The notes: generated by a model from the letters alone, not told the origin. Numbered from the stretch's first letter, positions 9,631 through 18,053 are shown. The stretch is DNA of 64,000 nt from Pseudomonadota bacterium (GCA_043815665.1 JBDRIT010000025.1:67487-131486), one strand, 5' to 3'. Numbers and translations are program-made.

Positions 9631-10233
9631 TCAAAAATTCAACACGGGCGCCGGGCCGGGAGGAGCGAGGAGCCGTCCCAGGAGCCGGCGGCCCCGGTGG
9701 AGGCGGGACATGACCGTACCGATGGGGATGCCCAGGCGCCCGGCGGCTTCCCTGTAAGAGAGGTCCGAGAGATCGCAGAGCTCGATGCAGCGCCGGAAGT
9801 CCGGCGGGATGTCCCGCAAGGCCGCCAGGACCCGATCCACCAGGAAGTAGTCGGGATCCCGCAGGGGCTTCTCGTCACGGAGCACCTTGAAGTACCGGTA
9901 CTCGTCCAGGAGCCGGACGCTGGTGCGGGCCTTCCGCCGGGTGTTGAGGAAGGTGTTGCGCAGGATCCGGGACAGCCACGGCCCCGGCTCGGTGCCGGAG
10001 CGAAACTGCTCCAGGTTCTGCAGCGCCTTCACCATGGTCTCCTGGAGCAGGTCCTCAGCCTCCGTCGCGTCCCGGCAGAGACCGAGGGCCTGCCGCCGGA
10101 GACGGGACATGCACCGCACGATGGCTCGGACCAGCGCCTCCTGATCTTCAGCGCTGCGTGGCGTAGCAGCGAGGGAGAGGTCCGTTTCCGGGAGCATCCT
10201 GTTGTGGTCGCGGGTCGCTTCTTTGGAAATCAT
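9631..10233 (-). CDS. ECF (sigma-70 family, RpoE-like) RNA polymerase sigma factor
   Basis: Region 2 (LLQETMVKALQNLEQF...PWLSRILRNTFLNTRRK) and region 4 (DLSYREAAGRLGIPIGTVMSRLHRGRRLL) motifs. Confidence 0.9.
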   Translation of the reverse strand: MISKEATRDHNRMLPETDLSLAATPRSAEDQEALVRAIVRCMSRLRRQALGLCRDATEAEDLLQETMVKALQNLEQFRSGTEPGPWLSRILRNTFLNTRRKARTSVRLLDEYRYFKVLRDEKPLRDPDYFLVDRVLAALRDIPPDFRRCIELCDLSDLSYREAAGRLGIPIGTVMSRLHRGRRLLGRLLAPPGPAPVLNF

Positions 10234-10346
10234 CCGTCCTCGAGCCTCCGTTCACAGGGGGAACCCCGGCGGTCACTCCACCGAACCCACCTCTCTACGA
10301 ACGAGCCGGGAGGAGGTTCTCCCGACGGAGCTTTTTCTTCGGGTTT

Positions 10347-10685
10347 TTGTCCCGCCGCCGTGCCGGGGCTACACTCGCAGGAACAGTGAACCGTCGTGAG
10401 GTGCTCGTGCTCCGACTCCTGCTCCTCGTCGCCCTCCTCGGGATCGTGGCCTGGTGTGTCCTCGTCGCACCGACCCGGGATCCGGAGTCGGTTGCGACCC
10501 CGCCTCCGTCCCTCACCCAGCCCATGTGCGACTCCCTCGACCAGGGCGTCCGAAACACCGTGGACCAGGCCCGGGATCGGGCAGAGCACGGCCTGCGACG
10601 CACCGGGCACCGCCTCGAGGAGGCCGGCACCGAGGCCAATGAGTGGCTGTCGGAGAAGACCGACGAAGTGGTCAAGCAGTTCTGA
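10347..10685 (+). CDS. small membrane protein, divergent from ECF sigma (weak)
   Basis: 112-aa ORF with one TM (VLVLRLLLLVALLGIVAWCVLV) and a charged C-terminus. Confidence 0.35.
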   Translation: MSRRRAGATLAGTVNRREVLVLRLLLLVALLGIVAWCVLVAPTRDPESVATPPPSLTQPMCDSLDQGVRNTVDQARDRAEHGLRRTGHRLEEAGTEANEWLSEKTDEVVKQF

Positions 10686-11483
10686 TCAATCCAGGTAGGG
10701 GATCATCGACTCGAGGCGGGACGCGATGACGTCCGGTCGGTGCCGGGCGGACTCCACCATCTCCAGGTCCGACTCCCCGGACAGCACCAGGACCGTGAGC
10801 ACCCCCGCGGCGTTGCCCGAGGCGACGTCGGTGTACAGCCTGTCCCCGACCATCGCCGTCTCCTCGGTTGCGGCCCCCAGCAGGGCCATGGCGCCCCGAA
10901 GGAAGTCCGGGTTCGGCTTCCCGATGACCCGATCGGGGCGACGGCCGGTGGAGGCCTCGATGGCCGCCATGAAGGACCCCGCATCGGGGATCGGTCCCGT
11001 GGGCGTGGGGCAGTTCACGTCGGGGTTGGTCGCGACGTAGGGCAGCCCTGCACGGAGCAGGGTGCAGGCGGTCCGGAGCTTCTCGTAGGTGAGGGTCCGG
11101 TCGAAGCCGAGGACGACCATCTCGGGATCCTCGGCGGTCAGACCCAGACCCACCCCGCGGAACTCCTCCTCGAGGGACGGCGTGCCCAGGAGGAAGACCC
11201 TGCGGATCCCCTCCCGGTGGAGGATCTCCGCGGTGGCGGCGCCGGATGTGAGGATGTCCTCCACCGGCACGGTCACCCCCATGTCCGCGAAGCGTGCGGC
11301 GTATCCTGCAGCGTCCCCGCTGGAGTTGTTGGTGAGGAAGAGGGCACGCCGTCCCGTCCCCCGAACCCGCTCGAGGAAGCGGTCGGAGCCGGAAATCATG
11401 TGCGGGCCGATGCTGAAGGTCCCGTCCATGTCCAGCAGGAAGAGCCGAACCTTCCCGAGCCCCTCGAGGTCGCCCCGGATCAT
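10686..11483 (-). CDS. HAD-superfamily subfamily IIA hydrolase (NagD-like sugar phosphatase)
   Basis: Motif I FLLDMDGT, then TNNS and GKP motifs. Start ATG at 11483 overlaps the upstream stop as ATGA. The ORF-track start at 11507 is an alternative. Confidence 0.85.
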   Translation of the reverse strand: MIRGDLEGLGKVRLFLLDMDGTFSIGPHMISGSDRFLERVRGTGRRALFLTNNSSGDAAGYAARFADMGVTVPVEDILTSGAATAEILHREGIRRVFLLGTPSLEEEFRGVGLGLTAEDPEMVVLGFDRTLTYEKLRTACTLLRAGLPYVATNPDVNCPTPTGPIPDAGSFMAAIEASTGRRPDRVIGKPNPDFLRGAMALLGAATEETAMVGDRLYTDVASGNAAGVLTVLVLSGESDLEMVESARHRPDVIASRLESMIPYLD

Positions 11484-12049
11484 TCCTCGCGCTCCCCCCG
11501 GGTCCACAGCAGCTCCCGCACCCGGGCGTCTCCCAGGCCGCTGTAGTGGGCGGCGTACTCCTCGTAGGCGGCACCGGTGCGCCGGATCCGGGCGCGCTCC
11601 TCGTCAGAGATCCCCCGCCGCACCGACCCGGGGACGCCGACCACCAGGCTCCCGGGGGGGACCTCCATCCCCTCGCGGACCAGGGCCCCGGCTGCGACGA
11701 TGGAGTCGTCACCGATCCGCGCCCCGTTGAGGATGATCGCACCCATGCCCACGAGGACCCGATCCCCCAGGGTACAGCCGTGGATGACGGCACCGTGCCC
11801 GATGGTGACGTCTTCGCCGACGATCACCGGGTTGTCCCCGGCCACGCGATCGCCGTGCATGACCACAAGATCCTGGATGTTGGAGCGGGCCCCCACGCGG
11901 ATCGCGTTGGCGTCTCCTCGAAGGACGCAGTGAAACCACACGCTGGCGCCAGGGCCGATCTCCACGTCCCCGAGCACGGCGGCGGTGGGGGCGATGAACG
12001 CAGTCGGGTCGATGCGGGGCGAACCCGCGAGTCTCTCCACGAAGTCCAT
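11480..12049 (-). CDS. gamma-class carbonic anhydrase family / hexapeptide-repeat protein (YrdA/PaaY-like)
   Basis: MDFVERLAG...IGPGASVWFHCVLRGDANAIRVGARSNIQDLVVMHGD..., left-handed beta-helix hexapeptide repeats. A GGGAGAG RBS precedes the ATG. The longer ORF-track N-terminus is Arg/Gly low-complexity noise. Confidence 0.85.
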   Translation of the reverse strand: MDFVERLAGSPRIDPTAFIAPTAAVLGDVEIGPGASVWFHCVLRGDANAIRVGARSNIQDLVVMHGDRVAGDNPVIVGEDVTIGHGAVIHGCTLGDRVLVGMGAIILNGARIGDDSIVAAGALVREGMEVPPGSLVVGVPGSVRRGISDEERARIRRTGAAYEEYAAHYSGLGDARVRELLWTRGEREE

Positions 12050-12060
12050 GGGTCTCTCCC

Positions 12061-12288
12061 TCAGCGCGCCAGTTCGTCCTCGAAGTACTGGATGATCGCC
12101 CGGAGCTGGGCCTCGTGCTGCTCCTCCTGCCCGGCCATCTCCTCGAAGAGGCGACGGGCCATCTCGCCGGGGGCGCGCTTCGCCGCGGCGAGGTAGCGAT
12201 CCCGGGCCTCCCGCTCCCGTGGGATGGCGAGGGAGGCGACCTCGATCATGTAGCGCAGCTCCCGGGCCCGTGGGTTGTCGTCGCGCAT
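12061..12288 (-). CDS. small hypothetical protein (possibly ferritin/rubrerythrin-like helical)
   Basis: 75 aa, helical, E/R-rich with EEMAGQEEQHEAQLRAI. Sits immediately upstream of the CA-like gene. Confidence 0.4.
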   Translation of the reverse strand: MRDDNPRARELRYMIEVASLAIPREREARDRYLAAAKRAPGEMARRLFEEMAGQEEQHEAQLRAIIQYFEDELAR

Positions 12289-12297
12289 GCCGTCTCC

Positions 12298-12978
12298 TCA
12301 GGAGGCCGGGAAGGTGATGCGGCCGCCGACCATCCCCAGCCCGAGGACCACGGGCAGGTGGAGCGCCAGCACGACGTCGTAGGCCACCCCGCCCCCCGCG
12401 AAGCGGAGCCCGAGGGCCACCGCCCCCAGGGACAGCAGCAGGAAGGAGAGGCCCATCTTCCACCCGAAGAGGGGGGTGATCCGCCCGCCGTACTGGTACC
12501 GCCAGTCCATGAGCCCGGACAGGATCGACGCAGGCGCCATGGCGAGACCGATCACCAGGTTGATCAGGGCCGCGGTCTCCAGGGCATCGGAGCCCGCGAG
12601 CCGCCCGACCAGGTTCAGGACCGCAGCCACCGCGCAGAGCGCGATGGGGAAGTGCACCGAGGCCGGATGGGCGTGGAGCCTGTAGGCCAGCGCAGCCAGA
12701 GGCGGCACCGGCTCCGGCTCCACCACGGGGACCGTCACCGGATCCCGGACCACCCCGACCCGGACCAGGCGCTCCAGGCGCTCCTTCGGGTGGGGCGCCA
12801 TGGTGATCTCGCGGCTCAGGTCCGCCCCCGCGCTGTGGGCGCGGACGTGGCTGCCTCCGCGCCAGAGGGCGGACCCGCTCGCGTCGTACACCACCCCGTC
12901 CACGGCGACGTAGGCCGGGTGGCCGTCACGACCGTCGAAGTCCGCCAGCTCTTCCCGTGTGAAGATCCTCTCGTTCAT
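12298..12978 (-). CDS. cytochrome b5-like heme/steroid-binding domain fused to a 4-TM membrane domain
   Basis: N-terminal FTREELADFDGRDGHPAYVAVDGVVYDASGSALWRGGSH matches the cyt-b5-like fold. The C-terminal half is hydrophobic. Confidence 0.7.
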   Translation of the reverse strand: MNERIFTREELADFDGRDGHPAYVAVDGVVYDASGSALWRGGSHVRAHSAGADLSREITMAPHPKERLERLVRVGVVRDPVTVPVVEPEPVPPLAALAYRLHAHPASVHFPIALCAVAAVLNLVGRLAGSDALETAALINLVIGLAMAPASILSGLMDWRYQYGGRITPLFGWKMGLSFLLLSLGAVALGLRFAGGGVAYDVVLALHLPVVLGLGMVGGRITFPAS

Positions 12979-13083
12979 GGACGGAATCTACCACAGACAG
13001 CTTGTCCGTTGAAGCGCGGCGTTGACCTTGGTATACCCGTGTCACAGGATCGTGGGCCCATCCCTGATGACGAGGCGGAGACC

Positions 13084-14748
13084 ATGTCGGAACCCCTGAA
13101 GTTCAACGTCGCAGCCCACCCGCCCCGCATCACGCGGGACTTCCCCTCCGAGGAGTTCAGCGGTCCCAGGCTGGACGCGTTCAACGAACGCCACATCGAG
13201 GTGCTCGCGCGCTACGGCATCCAGGCAGTGTCCATCCGACGCATACGCATCGACGAGAAGACCAACGGCCGGTCGAACCTGGGCGTGTTCCGCAACAAGC
13301 AGCTCAACCAGAGCGTGCTCCTCGCCGCAGGCCTGCCCGCAATCGCCGTGGCGCTCACCGGGCGCGGCGCGTTCGCCGCGCTGCCGAAGGCGGAGCAGAC
13401 CCCGGACCGCAAGGAGGCCCTCAAGCGGTCCAACGACCGGGTCGCGGCCCTGGCCATGGGGGAGACCTTCCAGCACACCTGCGACGCCCTCGAGGCGGGC
13501 GAGGACGTCCTGATCTCCACGGCGATCACCGAGGGCGTCCGGGCCAAGCCCGGGTACGAGGCCGGCGGAAATCCCACCATCGCGGTGGGCGCGGTCTTTG
13601 GCAAGGCGGAGATCCGGGCCCGATACGGCCGCCCGATGCCCCGGGACGTGACCCTGCTGTCCATGGGCAATGACGTCATCGACGGGACCACGAAGTCGGT
13701 CATGGGGACCCACAGCTCCCTCACATCGGTCTTCCTGAGCGAGTCGGGGGTGAAGCGCCACCTGCCGGACATCTATGTTCAACGTTGGGCCGCTGCGGTC
13801 CCCTTCGAGGAGTTCAATCCCCGGGACCTGGGCAGCGCGGACGTGGCCCGCCTCTTCGCGGATGCCTACGGGATCCCCGTAGAGCAGATGTCCGCGTTCT
13901 TCATCGACCGGCCCCGACACGTCCCGGCGATCGAGGCCCTCAACCGCATCGGGGTCTCCACACCCATGGACACGGACGGGGACCTCTTCCCCGGGGTCCT
14001 CCTGGGGGTCGAGGGGATCTCCTTCCCCGACGGCCGGGGGCTCATGTCCATGATCGGCGAGATCGGCGGCTCCGCGGAGTGGGCCGTGGCCGTCCTCCCC
14101 CTGGTCTGGCGTGGCGGCAACGCGCTGGGGATGCTCACCTCCCAGTCGAGCATCCAGCGGAAGGACCTGAGCCCGGAGGAGCTCTGGGCGGAGCGATTCC
14201 ACTACACCGCGGACGAGCTCCTGATGATCCAGGACGCCCGCTTCGAGCTGAAGCCCTGGTTCACCATCGAGGACATCATGGAGAACCCCTACGCGGGCGG
14301 CGTCTCCGCGTTCGGCGCGATCACGGACAACATCTACCTGCCCACGTTGAAGGGTGTCCGGGTGGACGAGGACGCGGGGCGGCTCTGCACCTCGGTGCTC
14401 ACGGTCAACTCCCTGGGCCTCGCGGACCAGTGGGACATCGAGTTCGAGGCCGCCGCCGGGGTCGGCGCCGTGCGGGACGCCATGCGGACCCCGAAGGAGC
14501 TGCTCCGGGGCCTCGACCAGGCCGGCATGGAGCGCGCCATCGGCGCCATGACCGACCACCCGACCCGTCGCGAGACCTTCCGGATCTTCTTCGGCAACGA
14601 ATACTACGGCGCGCTGGCGCACTCCGTGGGCCGGATGATGGTCCTCGATCGGACGGTCCGGTCCCTCATCGAGCGCGGCGCGCTGGAGCCCCTGGACACC
14701 ATGATCATCGCGGCGGCCAAGGCCGTGGTGCCCGACTGGTTCATCTGA
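13084..14748 (+). CDS. GlpX-like (class II fructose-1,6-bisphosphatase fold) family protein with ~200-aa C-terminal extension
   Basis: VIDGTTKSVMG aligns with the GlpX DPIDGT motif; DRPRH and GEIGGSAEWAVAV align with GlpX's KPRHD and GIGGAPEGVVSAA. The protein is 554 aa, against ~330 for GlpX. The leading part of the 877-aa ORF-track entry is antisense to real genes. Confidence 0.55.
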   Translation: MSEPLKFNVAAHPPRITRDFPSEEFSGPRLDAFNERHIEVLARYGIQAVSIRRIRIDEKTNGRSNLGVFRNKQLNQSVLLAAGLPAIAVALTGRGAFAALPKAEQTPDRKEALKRSNDRVAALAMGETFQHTCDALEAGEDVLISTAITEGVRAKPGYEAGGNPTIAVGAVFGKAEIRARYGRPMPRDVTLLSMGNDVIDGTTKSVMGTHSSLTSVFLSESGVKRHLPDIYVQRWAAAVPFEEFNPRDLGSADVARLFADAYGIPVEQMSAFFIDRPRHVPAIEALNRIGVSTPMDTDGDLFPGVLLGVEGISFPDGRGLMSMIGEIGGSAEWAVAVLPLVWRGGNALGMLTSQSSIQRKDLSPEELWAERFHYTADELLMIQDARFELKPWFTIEDIMENPYAGGVSAFGAITDNIYLPTLKGVRVDEDAGRLCTSVLTVNSLGLADQWDIEFEAAAGVGAVRDAMRTPKELLRGLDQAGMERAIGAMTDHPTRRETFRIFFGNEYYGALAHSVGRMMVLDRTVRSLIERGALEPLDTMIIAAAKAVVPDWFI

Positions 14749-14821
14749 TCCCCCTCCCCAGGGCGCCTGCGGGGCGCCCGCCCTCTTGTGGATTCCTCGA
14801 CCTTCTCGTAGAGTATTTCCC

Positions 14822-16282
14822 ATGAAAACGTCGCAACGAATCACCCTGGCGCTGCTCTTCACGGTCCTTTGCTCCGACGGGTGCATCCGGTCACGCTGCT
14901 ACCGCGACCGGGACTGCCCCGGCGGCCAGGTCTGCAACAGCGCCACCGGCGTCTGCGTCGTCCCGGACTGCATCGGTGACGACGCCTGCCTGGCGGGCCA
15001 GATCTGCCAGGCCAACGTCTGCGTGCCGGGCTGCCTCGGGGACGAGGACTGCGGCACGGCGAAGGTCTGCGTCGCGGGCCACTGCGTCCTCGAGACCTCC
15101 TCGGGGTCCGGCTGCATCTGCATCGCGGCGCCCTTGTTCTGCGCGCAGGACATCCACCCGGGCTCAACGACCTTCCAGTCCGAGATCTGCATGGGAGACA
15201 CCTCCCAGACCGCAAAGCTCCTCTTCTTCGGGAACACCGGGTGATTCCACTGCCGTCACCAGTTCGGTGACCTCTGGGACATGAAGGAGACGTTGCTGGC
15301 GGACGGGGTCGACAACGTCGAGCTCTGGTTCATCCAGATCGGGACCCAGGACAAGACGCCGGAGGAGGTCGAGGATCTCATCGGGGAGTACCCGACCACG
15401 GTCCTGGACGACGACCCCGAGCAGACCATCTGGACCGCCTTCGCGTCCACCTGGTACGAGGCGGTCCTCCTGGACCCGGAGGACTGCATCGTCGCGAAGT
15501 TCGGGCCCTTCACGACGTTCCCCCAGGATCCCGACGAGATCATCCCCCTGTGGAAGGGCGCCGCCCTCGGGACCCTCCCCTGTGACGAGCCCGAGCCCGG
15601 GCCGGAGTCCGGGGCCGAGCCCGCGCCCGACGTCTCCGAGCCGATGCCCGATGTCTTCGAGCACGACACCGTGGACGTCGTCGACATCCTCGACCTCGTG
15701 GACGCCATCGAAGATGTCCCCACGGACACGCTGGCGGACGTCCCCACGGACACCCCCGCGGATCTCCCCGGAGAGATCCCGGAGATCCCCCCCTGGTGGT
15801 GCCAGGTGGACGCGCCCCCGGCGCCCGTCGGCCCGGGGGATCCGCTGCCGTTCTTCACCTGCGTCGACATGAACCCCATGTCACCCACCGAAGGGGAGGT
15901 GGTCTCCAAGTCCTCCCTCAAGCAGAGGGTCTGGCTGGGATACGCCGGGAGTGGTGGCTGAGGCTTCTGCGTGCAGCAGGCTGCTGCGCTCGAAGACCTC
16001 GTGCTGGAGGCCCAGGCCCAGGGATGGGACGACCTGACCGCGGTGTTCCTCAACCAGGCCCAGGACGTAACCACCTTCGACTACCTGTCCACGGAGTTCG
16101 GCGGCCCCGCGGTCCAGGATCCCGATGACGGCAGCCTCTGGGCGGCCTTCGGGCTGGGCTACAACGGCGCGATGATCGTCGACCGGGACGGCGTGATGAC
16201 CGCGCTCTTCTCGACGCCATCGTTCCCCGATGACGCCGAGGCGATCTCCGCAGCCCTGCAGGAGGCCCTCGAGCAGCCGTGA
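14822..16282 (+). CDS. predicted selenoprotein: exported Cys-rich protein with two thioredoxin-fold (TlpA-like) domains, each with a UxxC active site (in-frame TGA at 15242-15244 and 15959-15961)
   Basis: Three ORF-track entries (14786-15244, 15281-15961, 15971-16282) share one frame and are separated only by TGA. FFGNTG-TGA-FHC and GYAGSGG-TGA-GFC each fall exactly on the WCxxC position of a redoxin fold. The rest of each fold continues after the TGA. A hairpin lies 9-10 nt after each TGA. Confidence 0.65.
15255..15271 (+). promoter_or_regulatory. candidate bacterial SECIS-like hairpin 1 (GTCACC-AGTTC-GGTGAC), 10 nt downstream of TGA 15242-15244
   Basis: Perfect 6-bp stem with a 5-nt loop containing GUU. 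The spacing is typical of bacterial SECIS apical hairpins. Confidence 0.45.
15971..15989 (+). promoter_or_regulatory. candidate bacterial SECIS-like hairpin 2 (GTGCAGCA-GGC-TGCTGCGC), 9 nt downstream of TGA 15959-15961
   Basis: 8-bp stem (one G.U pair) with a GGC loop. Confidence 0.45.
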
Positions 16283-17700
16283 GAACCAGCTTTACCTTCA
16301 TCCTCGTCCTCCTCCTGCTGGCACCCGCTGATGCCCTGGCCGAGGATTGCTGGGACGCGGCCCGCCCCTTCGCCGAGAAGAACGACTGGGCCGCGGTCGA
16401 GAAGACCCTGCGAGGCTTCCCGGCGCGGGACCGCGCCTGCCAGCTCCTCCTGGCCGAGGCCCAGATCCACCAGGGCAAGCACACCTGGGCCCTCCAGATC
16501 CTCCGACTCTTGGTGGAGGCGGACCCCCGGGACGCGGTGGCTCGGGGGCTCCTGGGCGCGGCGCTCCTGGGGATGGGGGACCACGAGAGCCTCCTCGAGG
16601 TGGCCAGGGAGCTGCCTCCGACCACGCCGGGGGATCCCTGGACCGGGATCCTGGAGCACCAGCGCGCGGCAGCGGAGCTCCGGACCGGAGACGCACACAC
16701 CGCCCGGCTTCGCCTGACCCGGGTTCTCCGTGAGCGCCCGCTGCATCCCTTCCGCGACGAGGCGAATCGGTTCCTGGGTCTGGCCTGGTGGTATGATTAC
16801 CGGGATCGGGGACAACCCACCCTGGACCTCGCCACGGGGTTCCAGTACGACTCCAACGCAGCCTTCGATCCGGACGACCCGCTGCTCTCCGTGGTCGAGG
16901 GGGATCCGGCGGCCTGGCGGGGCTGGCTGTCTGCGTCGGGGCGGATCCCGCTGGTCTGGGAGCCCCGCACGGTGGTCACGGCGAACGCGTCCGCGTACCG
17001 GAGCTTCCACAGCACGGCGATCGCGAACGACTTCAACTACACGGACGTCTCCGGCGGGGCGACCTTGGTCCACCGCATGCTGTGGGGACAGGCGGACGCA
17101 TCCATCGAGGTCGCGTGGCTCAGCCGCATCGGCCTCCTCGACGGCGGGCCCCTCCTGCCGGAGCCCAGGATCTTCGCGTTCCTGGAGAACCACTCCTTCG
17201 CTGCGGGGTTCCGGGTGGAGCCCGCCGCCGGCGTCCTGCTGGGGTTCACGGGGGTCGGGGGCTACCAACGCTTCGCGGAGCTGGCCAGGAACAACCTGGG
17301 GGGCGGGGGCCTCCTGTCCCTCCTCTGGTCGGTCGGAGTCGTCGACCTGGCGTTCACCGGCTCCGGGATCTACCGGGAGGCCGAGAGCGAGGGGTACGAT
17401 CGGTATGAGCTGGCCACCCGCCTCACGGTGAGCCTCCGCCTGCCCTGGGAGGTCCGTCTCGGCGCCTCCGGCGGACTGGGGCACGACGACTACCTCGACT
17501 CCGCAGGCTGGTTCGAGGCCGGCAGCCGGCGGCGGGACACCCGCTGGGACGCCCGGGCCACCCTGGGTCGCCCCATCGCAGCCGGCTTCGGCGTCGAGGT
17601 GCATGGGGGCTACGGGGAGCGACGCTCCACCGTGGGCGCGTTCGCCTACGATCACTGGACCGCAGGGCTCACCCTGAGCTGGAGTCATGCATGGGACTGA
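16279..17700 (+). CDS. TPR-containing putative outer-membrane beta-barrel protein
   Basis: GTG start overlaps the upstream stop (GTGA). Signal peptide RTSFTFILVLLLLAPADALA. N-terminal TPR-like helices. The C-terminal ~300 aa have alternating-hydrophobic beta-strand character and end ...GLTLSWSHAWD with a terminal aromatic. Confidence 0.6.
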   Translation: MRTSFTFILVLLLLAPADALAEDCWDAARPFAEKNDWAAVEKTLRGFPARDRACQLLLAEAQIHQGKHTWALQILRLLVEADPRDAVARGLLGAALLGMGDHESLLEVARELPPTTPGDPWTGILEHQRAAAELRTGDAHTARLRLTRVLRERPLHPFRDEANRFLGLAWWYDYRDRGQPTLDLATGFQYDSNAAFDPDDPLLSVVEGDPAAWRGWLSASGRIPLVWEPRTVVTANASAYRSFHSTAIANDFNYTDVSGGATLVHRMLWGQADASIEVAWLSRIGLLDGGPLLPEPRIFAFLENHSFAAGFRVEPAAGVLLGFTGVGGYQRFAELARNNLGGGGLLSLLWSVGVVDLAFTGSGIYREAESEGYDRYELATRLTVSLRLPWEVRLGASGGLGHDDYLDSAGWFEAGSRRRDTRWDARATLGRPIAAGFGVEVHGGYGERRSTVGAFAYDHWTAGLTLSWSHAWD

Positions 17701-18053
17701 GAACGATCCTCGTCATCTCCATCGCGCTCCTCGCCACCGCCTGCGCCCACGCGCCGCGATACAGCGGTGAGCCAGCGAACCGCCAGGAGGCCTTCCTCCT
17801 CGAGCACCTCCCCTCCCCCGCACCGACCCGTGACGACGAGGCCTGGGCCCGGAGCGCCAAGGCGTTCCTGGCCCGCGCCGCCGGCCGCGGCCTCGAAGGC
17901 ACCGTGGACATCTCCGCCGCCTGCGGCTGCGTGGACAGCGGCGACGGCGGCGGCAGCGGCGGCGGCCCCGGTGGGCCGGTGGGGCCGGACATCGAGGGGC
18001 CGTCCAAGGAAGCGACGATCCGCGTGAAGGTCGTGCTGCCCGACCCCTCCTGA
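17691..18053 (+). CDS. small lipoprotein
   Basis: MGLRTILVISIALLATAC lipobox-like sequence. Gly-rich C-terminus. Overlaps the upstream gene by 10 nt. Confidence 0.55.
   Translation: MGLRTILVISIALLATACAHAPRYSGEPANRQEAFLLEHLPSPAPTRDDEAWARSAKAFLARAAGRGLEGTVDISAACGCVDSGDGGGSGGGPGGPVGPDIEGPSKEATIRVKVVLPDPS

Noticed and set aside
15281-16282. ORF-track entries 15281-15961 and 15971-16282 as independent genes
   Set aside because: Both lack the N-terminal half (beta-1 and CxxC) of the thioredoxin fold that their sequences clearly continue. They are in frame with the upstream ORF across a single TGA. They are better explained as Sec read-through segments of one protein.
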